From Candidatus Latescibacterota bacterium (GTDB lineage Bacteria > Latescibacterota > UBA2968 > GCA-2709665): a DNA stretch of 64,000 nt. Location of the stretch: the NCBI GenBank assembly GCA_965222075.1, contig OZ244937.1:3424001-3488000 (forward strand), in the 5' to 3' direction. Below, one piece after another: positions 48,405 to 58,963 of the stretch. The notes under the pieces were generated by a model, which saw only the letters and a program-made list of their open reading frames with translations, ran no database searches and was not told the origin of the DNA. The stretch's first letter is position 1, and the number at the start of each line of letters is the position of its first letter. The translations under genes were made by a program, and so were the position numbers.

Positions 48405-50753
48405 CTATTCATACCTCAAAGCATCTACTGGATTTGCAGTTGCGGCTTTGAACGCTTGGGAAGTAACTGTCAACAACACAATGACCAATGTTAAGAATCC
48501 TCCTAACACAAATACCTGTGGTCCAATATTTATACGATATGCAAAATCTTGAAGCCATCGGCTCATAGTGTAGTAGGCCATCGGCCAGCCGATTAGATTA
48601 GCCAGGACCACTAACTTCATGAAATCTTTCGAGAACAGCAGGACGATGTTGAAGACTGAAGCACCCAAGGCCTTCCTAATACCCACCTCTTTTGCACGTC
48701 GAGCCACCGCAAGGGCTGTCAACCCAAACGCGCCGAGAGAGGCGATAAAGATTGCAAAAAGGGAAGAATATCCTATAATTCGTCCCCATCGCTGGTCCGA
48801 CCTGTATAGTCTATCTACATGGTCATCTAAGAAAGAAAAGTCGAAAGGCAGATTCGGGATGACCTGATGCCACTTGCCTTTCAGAAGCTCAATGGTTGCC
48901 GGAATTTTGTCTGCACGAATCTTGACAAAGAGGTAAGATGGAGTCGATGTAAGAGAAAACATCAGGGGTTCGATTGGATGATGTAGGGATTGATAATGGA
49001 AATCCTTCACCACACCGATGATGGGTCGATCCTTAAATACGCCCTTCATATGTTCAGAGGCATCCAAACCAATTGTATTCATCCATGTCTCATTAACCAT
49101 TACCCCCTCGACACCGAATGCCTCTGAAAAACCCCTCCCTGAGACCAGTTCAATCCCCATAAATTCGAAGTAATTATAACCGACTTCGAACACCACAAAA
49201 CTTACTTTTCTATCCTTGTACATACCTGTATATCTGGCCAGCCCCCGGCCAAAGAGATCGGAGGCACCGAAAATCCCCAGGATATCCTCGTGGTGGGCCA
49301 ATCCATCCTTGAAAGCGTCTATAATCCGCGCCCTCTCCAGATTCCATAAGGGCATAACGAGGACATGCTCACTGTGAGACCCTAAGCTTTTCACCTTCAA
49401 ATAGTCGATCTGTTTAAACATAAGGAGGGTACTGATAATAAGAAATATGGACAAGGCATATTGAATAACCATAAGCGTCTGGCCCAAGAGGTCCCTCCCG
49501 CCGATCCGCAATGATCTTTTCAGTACGTCTACGGGTTGGAACCTCGATAAAAAAGCAGCCGGATACCCCCCGGCGGCCAGACTCACCAGGAACATCAGTC
49601 CGGCCAGGATTCCTAGAGCCCATCCATCCAGATGGAACTCAATCGGCGGTCTTTTCTGGACCAGATCATTGAACTTTGGCAGAAACAATTCGGCTATCCC
49701 AAATCCCAGCAACAGTGCTAGAAAACTCAGTATGAAGAATTCACCCCAAAACTGCACCACGATCTGAGTTCTTCTAGCGCCTATTACTTTGCGCACACCC
49801 ACTTCTTTGGCACGAGCCACAGACAGGCTAATGGATAAGTTCGCGAAATTGATGCAGGCGATCAATAGGACCAGGAGTGCAATCCCAGTCAGAACGTAGG
49901 AATAGACAGGGTTACTCACCGGCTCTGGACCATGGAGAACATGGTTTGCATAGTGAACGTCCGTAAGTCTCTGAAGATGCAACGTCCATCTGTCAGGGTT
50001 CCCCATGAATTTTTTCACTATTGATGGAAATTTCGCTTCAATCTCAGAGGACAGGGTCTTCTCCGCCAAGCGTACATAAACTGTATGGCCGCCGATATGC
50101 GACTTCCAACTGTGGATGTCCATCTCCAAAAGGTCTATCAGCCGTTCATATGGTAGCAGACAATCGAATCGAATGCTGGAGTTCTCCGGAATGCGATGGG
50201 CCACACCTGTCACAAGAAAATCGTAAAACTGGTTGCCCGAGCCAAGAATCGAAATCTGTTTACCCACCGGATTTGCGTTGCCAAAAAATCTCTTTGCCAC
50301 CTCCTCGCTCAGTACGACTGAACTCTTATCCCGAAGGGCCGTTCTTTCATCGCCCATCCTGAGCGGAAAGCTAAAAATATTGAAAAGGGACGCATCAGCA
50401 AAGAGAAGATCCTGCTCAAGCATCTTCTCCCCGACCATAATCCATTTCCTGCTTGTCTTCAGCCTGACCGTATGGGCTATTTCCGGGATATTCTCTGCTA
50501 ATATGGGTGCTAAAGGTGGATTCTGGATAACAAAAAGCCGTCGATCACCATCCGGCTCCTTCCAACCTATATAAAGCCGGTAAATAGAATTAACGTGCTT
50601 GTGGAAGGTATCGTAGGACCATTCGTGCCGAACATAGAGGAACGTCAGGATGCAGAAGGCAAACCCGATGGCCAGACCGGTGATGTTGATCAGGGAATAG
50701 GCTTTGTGTCTGAGTAAATTCCGAACCGCAACTGTCAAATAGTTCCTAAGCAC
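48405..50753 (-). CDS. MacB/FtsX-type ABC transporter permease
   Basis: AVRNLLRHK.YS.INI.GL, ACINF.NL...RAKEVGVRK, NPVDALRYE. Confidence 0.93.
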   Translation of the reverse strand: MLRNYLTVAVRNLLRHKAYSLINITGLAIGFAFCILTFLYVRHEWSYDTFHKHVNSIYRLYIGWKEPDGDRRLFVIQNPPLAPILAENIPEIAHTVRLKTSRKWIMVGEKMLEQDLLFADASLFNIFSFPLRMGDERTALRDKSSVVLSEEVAKRFFGNANPVGKQISILGSGNQFYDFLVTGVAHRIPENSSIRFDCLLPYERLIDLLEMDIHSWKSHIGGHTVYVRLAEKTLSSEIEAKFPSIVKKFMGNPDRWTLHLQRLTDVHYANHVLHGPEPVSNPVYSYVLTGIALLVLLIACINFANLSISLSVARAKEVGVRKVIGARRTQIVVQFWGEFFILSFLALLLGFGIAELFLPKFNDLVQKRPPIEFHLDGWALGILAGLMFLVSLAAGGYPAAFLSRFQPVDVLKRSLRIGGRDLLGQTLMVIQYALSIFLIISTLLMFKQIDYLKVKSLGSHSEHVLVMPLWNLERARIIDAFKDGLAHHEDILGIFGASDLFGRGLARYTGMYKDRKVSFVVFEVGYNYFEFMGIELVSGRGFSEAFGVEGVMVNETWMNTIGLDASEHMKGVFKDRPIIGVVKDFHYQSLHHPIEPLMFSLTSTPSYLFVKIRADKIPATIELLKGKWHQVIPNLPFDFSFLDDHVDRLYRSDQRWGRIIGYSSLFAIFIASLGAFGLTALAVARRAKEVGIRKALGASVFNIVLLFSKDFMKLVVLANLIGWPMAYYTMSRWLQDFAYRINIGPQVFVLGGFLTLVIVLLTVTSQAFKAATANPVDALRYE

Positions 50754-50924
50754 GGTGCCCCTCTCCGTTTATAAGTTTACGAATCAAGAATATCTTGAAA
50801 CATAGGAGCAATATGTGTGCTATAGTCACACTTATGCAGGTTTTCCAGGCGTTTAGCGAAAAGTACAAGAAATACAACTCAAGAGAAGTGTTCGCTGGAG
50901 ATACATAGGTGTTCGATAATGGAC

Positions 50925-51018
50925 GGTTATACAGGTAGCGCAGTTGGGACAGCAGCGCGTCAAGGTTCTTGTGAGCGCGCCGGGAGATGTAAGCCGTCTT
51001 TGTTATCGTCCTGGTCAT
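50925..51018 (-). pseudogene. Possible TnpB N-terminal fragment
   Basis: MTRTITKTAYI..AHKNLDALLSQLRYLYN resembles an IS605 OrfB N-terminus. Confidence 0.4.
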
Positions 51019-51259
51019 AAGATAAATATAACAAAATCAGGATGTTAAAGCAATAAATACTGCCGAAAATACGATCTCTCTTTTCTTGTTCCTTCAACCT
51101 GTTAGCCAAGTATGTAATTCCCTTTTTTAACTTCATCTCTGAGACCGGATCAATGGAACAGAGGTTCCATTTTTGTATCAACCATCCGGTTTGTTGAGTT
51201 TATTCGGGGAATCCCCTTCCCTGGCGACTGACCCGTCCTGGTCTTCAGAGGCCAGCGGT

Positions 51260-51420
51260 TTGTTGTCGCCGGCTGTTTTCCTTCATCGATCAGGTAGAGC
51301 AGGTGCCCTCGGATCTCTTCGCCTGTGACATCCTTTAAATTCTGACGTACGAGCCGAATAAATTGTTGCAAATGACGCAGATAGGTTCTGCGGGAACCCG
51401 GCGCCAGCTCCGCCTGCTCT
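51260..51420 (-). pseudogene. Tyrosine recombinase N-terminal SAM-like domain fragment
   Basis: LAPGSRRTYLRHLQQF...VTGEEIRGHLLYLIDEGKQPATTN; no catalytic domain. Confidence 0.65.
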
Positions 51421-51583
51421 TTGACACTCCCACGGATAAATCCATGGGATTCTCTCACCCCTCCGAGTTACATGCGAAGTGAGGGTGGTATCTCCAACCT
51501 CACAAAGGGAGTGCCATAACCCCAACTACAGGACGCTCTTCGGATACTTTTTCCGAATATTGATCGCACCTGCGGCATCTCTA
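51421..51583 (-). mobile_element. IS200/IS605 remnant: tnpB 3' tip plus right end
   Basis: HRDAAGAINI (TnpB C-terminal RuvC motif), then GAATCCCATGGATTTATCCGTGGGAGTGTCAA, a typical right-end hairpin ending TCAA. Confidence 0.8.
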
Positions 51584-52567
51584 TGAGCCTGAACCCCGCT
51601 CCCGGATGAGCTTCCAGGCGTCGGGAAACATGTTGTTGCCCGCGACCATCCACAGGGCGTCGTCGTAGACAAATACGCTGGCGGCGTGTCGGGGCGCCCA
51701 GCGGGTGTCCGGCAGTTCGCGCCAATCGATGCCGTCTGAAGAGTACCACACATCGGCGCGATTGCCGCTTATCCGGTCGCATCCCTCCAGCACCCACATT
51801 TTGTCGTCAAAGGCGGCTACCTCGTGGTACTGGCGCGGGGCCCAGGGGGCGGACGCCAGGTGCTGCTGCCAGTTGACGCCGTCCGCCGAGCTCCACACGT
51901 CGTTGTAATACTTCCTGTCGGGCGTGGTGGGCGTATCGTAGGTGCCTCCGCCCAGTATCCACATCCGGTTCTCAAATACAACGCTGCCACCGATCATACC
52001 CCGGGGCGGCCAGGGGGCTTTTTCGGTTACCCGCGTCCAGGTCACACCGTCGGAAGAGTTCCAGACATCGCTGTAGAACACCTCGGTAGCCGGTGCGAAT
52101 TGCAGGATGGTCTGCCCTCCCATGATCCAGATTTTGTTGTCGAAGACGAGGGTGTAGTGAAGGACGCGGGGGCCCCAGGGCACGTTGTCGTTGACGAGGT
52201 CCCAGTGGATTCCGTCGGAACTGCTCCACACGTCATTCTGGTAGTGGCCCTGGTTGGCGTCTCCCCCCACAATCCACATTCTGTCGTTGTGCACGGCATA
52301 TCCGGCCGTGTGCCTTCCTTCCCAGGGCGCCTGAACGGTCTCCAGCGTCCATGAAGCTCCGTCGCCGGAAGACCATACTTCGCTGTTGCAGATGTGGGGG
52401 AAATGGACTTTGTCGTCAGGATTCCAGCCGCCCAGTAGCCACATTCTGTCTTTGAAGACCAGCGCACCGGCGCCGTCGCGGCCGGCGAAAGCGGCGTTTT
52501 CGGTGATGCAACACCACTGATAGTCGGGCGATTCCTGAGAAGGCCCTGCAGCGAAACCATCTCCCAT
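51581..52567 (-). CDS. Kelch-like beta-propeller repeat protein
   Basis: Repeated MW(I/L)xGG...NDVWSSxDG..W...APW.PR units. Confidence 0.85.
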   Translation of the reverse strand: MGDGFAAGPSQESPDYQWCCITENAAFAGRDGAGALVFKDRMWLLGGWNPDDKVHFPHICNSEVWSSGDGASWTLETVQAPWEGRHTAGYAVHNDRMWIVGGDANQGHYQNDVWSSSDGIHWDLVNDNVPWGPRVLHYTLVFDNKIWIMGGQTILQFAPATEVFYSDVWNSSDGVTWTRVTEKAPWPPRGMIGGSVVFENRMWILGGGTYDTPTTPDRKYYNDVWSSADGVNWQQHLASAPWAPRQYHEVAAFDDKMWVLEGCDRISGNRADVWYSSDGIDWRELPDTRWAPRHAASVFVYDDALWMVAGNNMFPDAWKLIRERGSGS

Positions 52568-52913
52568 GGGTTGTCCTCCTATACCTTGCTTTCGCAGGTG
52601 CTCGATACAAAAGACGGCTGCCTCTTTCAACGTTGTATTGCGGCACAGCTTTACCGATTTGTCGGGTTAAACCCCAGGCGGATCTCTATATGGGTTCTCC
52701 TTCCACAAATAGTGTGCGTTTCCTACGATTTTTCACCTTGTCAAATGTACATGATTGTGGGGCGCTCCTGCAAGCAGAGATGCGCCTGCCCTTCTTCCAA
52801 CGAGAGATGCTCCGTCCAATTGCACTTGACTTCGGTATGTCCACCTCCTATCTTGCCCCCTGGAAGATATTCTGTTACTTGGGCCGATTGTTTTTTGTGA
52901 GAGGATCAGGCAG

Positions 52914-54179
52914 ATGGCGGATAAACCGAGTTTTCGCAAGCCAGCGCCGGAAGGGGTGGTCGAGCAGGCCGGCATCGGTACCGGTTCAAGCAATGGGATG
53001 GTGGCGTTAGACGACGGCTCCCTGATGATGGTTGCGGGGAGCCGCTGCCATATCTCGACCGACGGCGGACAGACCTGGGGCAAGCCGCGGCCGCTGAACT
53101 GCGAGGCGATGGGAAGTCCGTCCAACCTGTCGTGCATAAAGCTGCAGTCGGGCAAGCTGGCGCTGGCGCACCGGGGCAGGGAGGAGGCGGGACAGGGGAC
53201 GGAGATGTTCAACTGGAATCCCTTTTATCTGTCGGTGTCTGAAGACGGCGGCCAGACCTGGGCGGGCGCGTGGCCGATGAAGCTGCTGGGCGGGCCGTAC
53301 CACGATGCGATGATTCAGCTGTCGAGCGGGCGGCTGCTGATGCCCAGCCGGATTTGCCACAGCAACAACCGGCACCCGGGTTTAGAATACGATCGGGTGA
53401 GCAGTTTCGGGACCTGGAAGGGGATGAGGTTGCAGGTGAGCGGGCACTATCACTATCCGGAGGTGGATATCGCCGCGGTGAGTTATTCGGACGACGAAGG
53501 ACGGAACTGGCAGCAGTGCCAGGGGCAGTTGATGGGCTGGTTCGACGCGGAGGGCATTCCCAACGGGCGTGGAGGGATCACGGCGGTGGATGAACCAGGT
53601 GTGGCCGAATGCGTGGACGGGCGGGTGATGCTGCTGGCGCGGTCTACGGTGGGGCGGCTGGTGCAGAGCGCCAGCGAAGACGGCGGGGAGACCTGGACGC
53701 CGATTTTGCCCACCGATCTGGCCAGTTCGTATTCGCCGCCGAGGCTGCGGCGGATTCCGAGCACGGGCGATTTACTGTGTGTGTGGAACCAGGTGTCGCG
53801 GGATGAGATCAAACGGGGCTACCGGCGGGGGCGGCTGTCGGCGGCGATTTCGAAGGATAGTGGAGCGAGTTGGGAGCGGTTCAGGACGATCGAGGTGAGC
53901 GACGGTATGGAGGACGTGGAGCGGGTGGTGCCTCAGGAGCCGATTACGCCGGTGGTCGGGCTACCCGAAGTGGGCACGCTGCCGGAGGGTTTCGCTACCT
54001 TCGATTACCCCAATGTGTGGTTTGCGGGCGATAAGGTGTACCTGACCTACCACCGGAGCTGGATCGAAGCGGACGAGGACGCCCGGGAAGCGGTGACGCT
54101 GGGGGAACGGAAGGGGAAGGCGAGGAAGCCGGGCGAGATGGTGCTGCGCATTTATTCGCTGGCGGAGTTTTACCGCTGA
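52914..54179 (+). CDS. Sialidase / BNR-repeat protein
   Basis: Several SxDGGxTW Asp-boxes; DEPGVAE; DYP. Confidence 0.85.
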   Translation: MADKPSFRKPAPEGVVEQAGIGTGSSNGMVALDDGSLMMVAGSRCHISTDGGQTWGKPRPLNCEAMGSPSNLSCIKLQSGKLALAHRGREEAGQGTEMFNWNPFYLSVSEDGGQTWAGAWPMKLLGGPYHDAMIQLSSGRLLMPSRICHSNNRHPGLEYDRVSSFGTWKGMRLQVSGHYHYPEVDIAAVSYSDDEGRNWQQCQGQLMGWFDAEGIPNGRGGITAVDEPGVAECVDGRVMLLARSTVGRLVQSASEDGGETWTPILPTDLASSYSPPRLRRIPSTGDLLCVWNQVSRDEIKRGYRRGRLSAAISKDSGASWERFRTIEVSDGMEDVERVVPQEPITPVVGLPEVGTLPEGFATFDYPNVWFAGDKVYLTYHRSWIEADEDAREAVTLGERKGKARKPGEMVLRIYSLAEFYR

Positions 54180-54190
54180 GGAGCCGAACG

Positions 54191-55102
54191 ATGGACCGGG
54201 ACGAAGTTCGAGCGCATCTGACAGGCCCCATTTCTTCGATTGCGACGCCGTTTAACGAAGACGGCAGCGTGGACTACGACGGGCTACGGAACCAGATCGA
54301 CTTTGTGCTGTCCGCCGGGAGCAGGACGGCGTTGCTGACGGTTGGGGACAGCCACTATACCTGCCTTTCGGAGCAGGAGATTGCCCAGGTGACGCGGGTA
54401 ACCTGCGAGCACACGGCCGGGCGGGGGATGGTTGTGGCGGCGGATCGGTGGCACAGTACGGCGCGGTCGATTGAATTTGCCGGGTTCGCCAGAGGGCTGG
54501 GCGCGGATGTGCTGATGGTGCTTCCGCCGAACTGGGGGCCGTCCTGTACGCCGGAGACGATTGCCGAGCACTACGGGGCGGTGGCGCAACAGATGCCGGT
54601 GATGATCGTGACCGGGGTGTTCGTTGCCCAGGGGGCGGAGTTCGGGCTGGAGGCGATTGAACGGACGCTGGATCAGTATGAGAATGTAGTGGCGATCAAG
54701 GACGATATGTGCGGGGATTTCGCGCGGCGGCTGTGCCTGCTGGCCCACGAGCGGGTTGCGGTTTTTGCGGGAGGGCAGAAGGTGAACCATATAAATATGT
54801 GGCCCTATGGGTGCGACGGGTATATGTCCACGTATATTGCGCTCAAGCCGGAGATCGCCCACGATTACTGGAGCGCGATCCAGGCGGTGGACCTGGAGGC
54901 CGTGCGGGGGATTATCCGGGACTACGACATGCCGTTTTTCGACACGATAATGAAGCTGACGGGCGGGTGGAATGCGGGGGTACACGGGGCGATGGAGGTG
55001 TTCGGAGTTGCGAAGCGGTGGCGGCGGAAGCCGTATTATTCGTTGAATGACGAGGAGATGGAGGGGCTGGCGGGGTTTTTCAGTGGGAAAGGGATACTAT
55101 GA
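54191..55102 (+). CDS. Dihydrodipicolinate synthase-family lyase
   Basis: TPFNEDGSVDYDGL, GADVLMVLPP, VVAIKDD. Confidence 0.85.
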   Translation: MDRDEVRAHLTGPISSIATPFNEDGSVDYDGLRNQIDFVLSAGSRTALLTVGDSHYTCLSEQEIAQVTRVTCEHTAGRGMVVAADRWHSTARSIEFAGFARGLGADVLMVLPPNWGPSCTPETIAEHYGAVAQQMPVMIVTGVFVAQGAEFGLEAIERTLDQYENVVAIKDDMCGDFARRLCLLAHERVAVFAGGQKVNHINMWPYGCDGYMSTYIALKPEIAHDYWSAIQAVDLEAVRGIIRDYDMPFFDTIMKLTGGWNAGVHGAMEVFGVAKRWRRKPYYSLNDEEMEGLAGFFSGKGIL

Positions 55103-55145
55103 ATCGTCCGCTGCTGGAGATCCTGATGGGGAGGGGTCAGGTGAT

Positions 55146-55406
55146 ATGTCCGACAGATTCGACGTGATCGTGGTGGGCGGGGGCGCGATGGGGCTTTCGG
55201 CGGCCTATTCCTGCGCCAGGACGGGAAAGCGGGTGCTGGTTCTGGAGCAGTTCAGGTTTTTCAACGAACGGGGCAGTTCCAAGGGGCTGTCCCGGTTTTT
55301 TCGGATTGTGTATTCAGATGCGCTGCTGTGCCTTCTGGCGCGGTCGGCGTATCCGCTGTGGCAGGAGCTGGAAAGGGAGTCGGGCGAGACGCTGATTGCG
55401 AAATAA
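55146..55406 (+). pseudogene. Truncated FAD-dependent oxidoreductase (sarcosine oxidase-like N-terminus)
   Basis: DVIVVGGGAMGLSAA...LEQF...GSSKG.SR; only 86 aa. Confidence 0.7.
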
Positions 55407-55452
55407 AAGCCTTTCAACCCGAAATCCGCACATTTGCAGGGGGGTATAAGCC

Positions 55453-56217
55453 ATGCGAATTGATCCGATTGAGATGACGGTTCAAAGCAGGGAGGGGTCC
55501 GGGAGGCGGTCGTTTTCTGTCGGTTCTGTGTGCGGGACCAGGTATTCCTCCCGCGATGTGGAGGGAATGCGCAGGCAGCTGGACGAGATGCTGGAACGGG
55601 ACGGGCATTTTACGAGTGGAACGCGGACCAATCCGTCCATTTACCACATCGGGCGCTATTTGCTGACGCAAGCGTCGACGTTCGAAGTTCAGGGGCCGCT
55701 GACGGGAGGGGAGGCGGAGGCTGTGGCGATCCGAGAGGGGGAGGAGGTGTTCGTTTCGGTGGGCAGCGATCAGTGTGATCGCGAACTGGACCCGCTGTTC
55801 CCGGATAAGCCGAAGCAGATGTGCCCGCATCCGATCGCATCAACGGCGTGGCCTTACAGCGAGATCCGGGACCACTGGGACGACCTGCGGATTTACAGCC
55901 AGGTGGTGGTTGGGGGGCACACGGTGCCGCTGCAGGACAGTGCGCTGTCTGCGCTGGTCAATCTTGAGTTTCTGCTGGGGATGGATGCGGTGAAGAGGCT
56001 GGCCGATCCGATGGTTTTATTCTGCGGGGCCTCGCCGGTTCTGAATTCCGCTGCCGAGACGGTGAAGGAGCACGGTCTGCCGGAAGAGACGGTCAAGGGG
56101 GTCGGGGAGGCGTTTACCATGCGGCTGCACGATCCCGTGCTCGATCGGACGATTGAACACCGGTACCGCGCCCTGCCGCTTGGGGATGACCTGGCCGAGC
56201 GACGTGACGTGGGATGA
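55453..56217 (+). CDS. DUF2848 domain protein
   Basis: TGGEAE, VGSDQCDRELD, KQMCPHP. Confidence 0.7.
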   Translation: MRIDPIEMTVQSREGSGRRSFSVGSVCGTRYSSRDVEGMRRQLDEMLERDGHFTSGTRTNPSIYHIGRYLLTQASTFEVQGPLTGGEAEAVAIREGEEVFVSVGSDQCDRELDPLFPDKPKQMCPHPIASTAWPYSEIRDHWDDLRIYSQVVVGGHTVPLQDSALSALVNLEFLLGMDAVKRLADPMVLFCGASPVLNSAAETVKEHGLPEETVKGVGEAFTMRLHDPVLDRTIEHRYRALPLGDDLAERRDVG

Positions 56218-56311
56218 GAGGTCAGGACCGATCTCCGACTTGCGTTTACAGACCAGCAGTTCGCGGAGCCACGGGGACGGGCTGAGATATTTTAGAAGAG
56301 GTGAGCGCGGG

Positions 56312-57643
56312 ATGACGATCAACCCTGTTGTCGATGTCGAAGAGGAGATCTATTCGTTCGAGCCGGCGAACAACGGCGCCGGGCCGCTATGGTGTCACGG
56401 GTCGACGATTGTCATCCGCACCGGGGAGGATGTGTATGTGACGACGCTGGAGACGCTGCCGGATGAAGCGCCGCTGAACAACTGCCGCTGGGTACTCTAT
56501 GCGCGTGGGGCCAACGGCTGGCGGGTTGTACACCAAGATGAGACCGGCCGCACGCGGGAACCCTGTCCGATCGCCGCGCTATACAACGGTGCCCTCCTGG
56601 TTACCGACAATCCGACCCTCACGGAGTCTGGACAGGAGAGGGGTCCTGCACAGCCGGTGGTGTTTCGCTTCAACACGAAGGACATCCAGGCCGGGTGTAC
56701 ACGGGAACTGCCCGTGTGGAAGGGGGAGCCGGGGTTTACCGAGCACTCTTATCGCACGGTGACGGCCGACGGGGAGAAGAACGAGGTGCTTTACATGCAG
56801 AATGTGGGTATGGACGTGTCGCACATGTCGCTGCTGGGACGCGACGGCGTGTGGGTGGGGGTGGGCACGCTCGCCTGGCCGTGGGGGAGCGAGTATCCGG
56901 TCCCCCAGCCGCTTCGCCTCTGTTATCCCAACGTTGTGATGCGAGACCGGGAGGCGCATTTTTTCGGTGTCGGAGATATTGTCGAGCCGATCGAGGCCTG
57001 GAGGAAGACCAAGTTTGAGATCACCGGGCGCCATTGGGACTACGTTTTCCGGCGGTTGTTCTACGCGTATACACCGGATGTGGCCCGGGAGCCTTTCTGT
57101 GAATGGATCGAAGTGGCCAACCGGGATGCCACGGCCGGGACGATGCGCAACAACGACATCTGGCTGGCTCCGGACGGTGCCGCGCATTTGATCTGGAGTG
57201 AGACGACTGTGGACGAACGCCTTCGGGACCGGTTCTTTCCGGATGAGACGGTCGCGCATTCGTTTGAATATGCAGCGGTCCACAACGGGGAGGTCCAGGC
57301 GCGGCGGACCCTTGCCAGGGTCACAGAGGACGCGCCGGGCGACCGGCCGCACCTGACGCGGTTTCAGGTTATGGAGAATGGGACGCCGGTCCTGCTGGCG
57401 TCGTTTGTGTGCGACGCGCCATCGGCGCCAACTCACGTCTATCGGCTGGCTGCGATGTTTCCCGACGGGAGCCTGTCGGACTGGGTGGATGTGCCGTTTG
57501 AAGATCCGATTGCCGGGACGTTTCTCACCAGTACCGTGCGCGGAGGGTCACGGCCCGCCTCTACGATCGATGTGGTCGGGATGGCCGCCGGGGCGCCGCA
57601 GACTCTGCGTTACGCGCGGGTTCGCCTCGATGAAGGGGGCTGA
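56312..57643 (+). CDS. Hypothetical protein (probable beta-propeller)
   Basis: Long ORF with coding-like bias; NNGAGPLWCHG, RLCYP. Confidence 0.75.
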   Translation: MTINPVVDVEEEIYSFEPANNGAGPLWCHGSTIVIRTGEDVYVTTLETLPDEAPLNNCRWVLYARGANGWRVVHQDETGRTREPCPIAALYNGALLVTDNPTLTESGQERGPAQPVVFRFNTKDIQAGCTRELPVWKGEPGFTEHSYRTVTADGEKNEVLYMQNVGMDVSHMSLLGRDGVWVGVGTLAWPWGSEYPVPQPLRLCYPNVVMRDREAHFFGVGDIVEPIEAWRKTKFEITGRHWDYVFRRLFYAYTPDVAREPFCEWIEVANRDATAGTMRNNDIWLAPDGAAHLIWSETTVDERLRDRFFPDETVAHSFEYAAVHNGEVQARRTLARVTEDAPGDRPHLTRFQVMENGTPVLLASFVCDAPSAPTHVYRLAAMFPDGSLSDWVDVPFEDPIAGTFLTSTVRGGSRPASTIDVVGMAAGAPQTLRYARVRLDEGG

Positions 57644-57655
57644 AGAGGAGTCGCT

Positions 57656-58852
57656 ATGCGAGAGCCGAAGAGGTGCACATTGCGGTCATTCATCCTTTCC
57701 GCACTCATTCTGGCTACGGTCAGCTGCAGCGTTTCCGCGCAAGAATATCGCATCGGCTGGCGAACCGATGGTAGCGGACGGTATCTGGAGGCCGACCCGC
57801 CAATCAAGTGGTCACCGGGTGAGAGCGTGGCGTGGAAGACGGCGATGCCGTCGTGGTCGAATGCGTCGCCGGTGCTGTGGACCGGTTCGCTGATGATCGT
57901 GTGCAGCGAGCCGGACCAGGTTCTGGGGGTTGATCCACACAAGGGGAGCATCGTGTGGAAGCAGTCGCTGGGCGACGTAAGTCCCACAGATAAGGTTAAG
58001 ACGCATGGGTCCAACGGATACACGTCCCAAACGCCGGTGGCCGATAGCCAGCGCATCTACACATTGTTCGGATCGGGTGTGGTGGCGGCGCACACGCTGG
58101 AGGGCAAGCGTGTGTGGGCGCGCGTGGTGGAGCGACCTCAGCACGGGTGGGGGCACAGCGCGTCGCCGACACTGGGCGGTGGGCGGCTGATCGTGCATAT
58201 TACCGACCTCATCGCGCTGGATCCGGCGACCGGCAAGGAGGTGTGGAGGCGACCTGCGAAAGAGAAGTTCGGCTCCCCGGTGGTCACGCGGATCAGCGGT
58301 GAGGAGATCGTGATCACGCCGGCAGGTGACGTGTTTCGCGCGGTGGACGGGAAGCCTCTGGCCCGGGGAATCGGGAAGCTGGAATACGCAACGCCCGTGG
58401 TTCAAGAAGGTGTGGTGTACTTCATTGAGAAGAAGGCGACGGCGGTCAAACTGCCCGAGAAGATCAACGGCGCATTCGAAACCGTGTGGACCACACGTGT
58501 GAAGGGGTCGCGGCACTATTCGTCGCCGGTGATTCACAACGGCTTGATTTACGCCATTTCGCGTGAGGAGAAGTTCTCGATCCTGGACGCGAAGACGGGC
58601 AAGCTGGTTTTTGAGAAGGACCTGTATCTTGGCGAGGGGACGAACAGCGCGTACACGTCCATCACGCTGGCTGGCGATAAGCTGTTCGTCGGCGCCGAGA
58701 GCGGTACGACGGTAGTCATCGAACCAGGCGGGACCTACAAGGAGATCGCGCGAAATGTGGTGGAAGGGTTCCGTTCCTCGCCCGTATTCGTCGGAAACCG
58801 GATGTATCTGCGCGCCTTCGACCACCTCTATTGCTTCGAGAAGAAGAGGTGA
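57656..58852 (+). CDS. PQQ-binding-like beta-propeller protein (secreted)
   Basis: Signal peptide; repeated ASPV / ALDPATGKEVW units. Confidence 0.85.
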   Translation: MREPKRCTLRSFILSALILATVSCSVSAQEYRIGWRTDGSGRYLEADPPIKWSPGESVAWKTAMPSWSNASPVLWTGSLMIVCSEPDQVLGVDPHKGSIVWKQSLGDVSPTDKVKTHGSNGYTSQTPVADSQRIYTLFGSGVVAAHTLEGKRVWARVVERPQHGWGHSASPTLGGGRLIVHITDLIALDPATGKEVWRRPAKEKFGSPVVTRISGEEIVITPAGDVFRAVDGKPLARGIGKLEYATPVVQEGVVYFIEKKATAVKLPEKINGAFETVWTTRVKGSRHYSSPVIHNGLIYAISREEKFSILDAKTGKLVFEKDLYLGEGTNSAYTSITLAGDKLFVGAESGTTVVIEPGGTYKEIARNVVEGFRSSPVFVGNRMYLRAFDHLYCFEKKR

Positions 58853-58963
58853 CCGGGATCCACGATCGCACCGGCCGCGAACCATCCTGCCGCTTCACGA
58901 AGGTCGGGCGGCCAGGCGCCTACTTTCGGATCGCCCCAATACCACGAGAGAAAGGAGTGCTTT

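Noticed and set aside
51150-51458. Intact integron integrase
   Set aside because: Only about 50 aa of the N-terminal domain; the ORF start lies inside the IS605 end and there are no catalytic residues.
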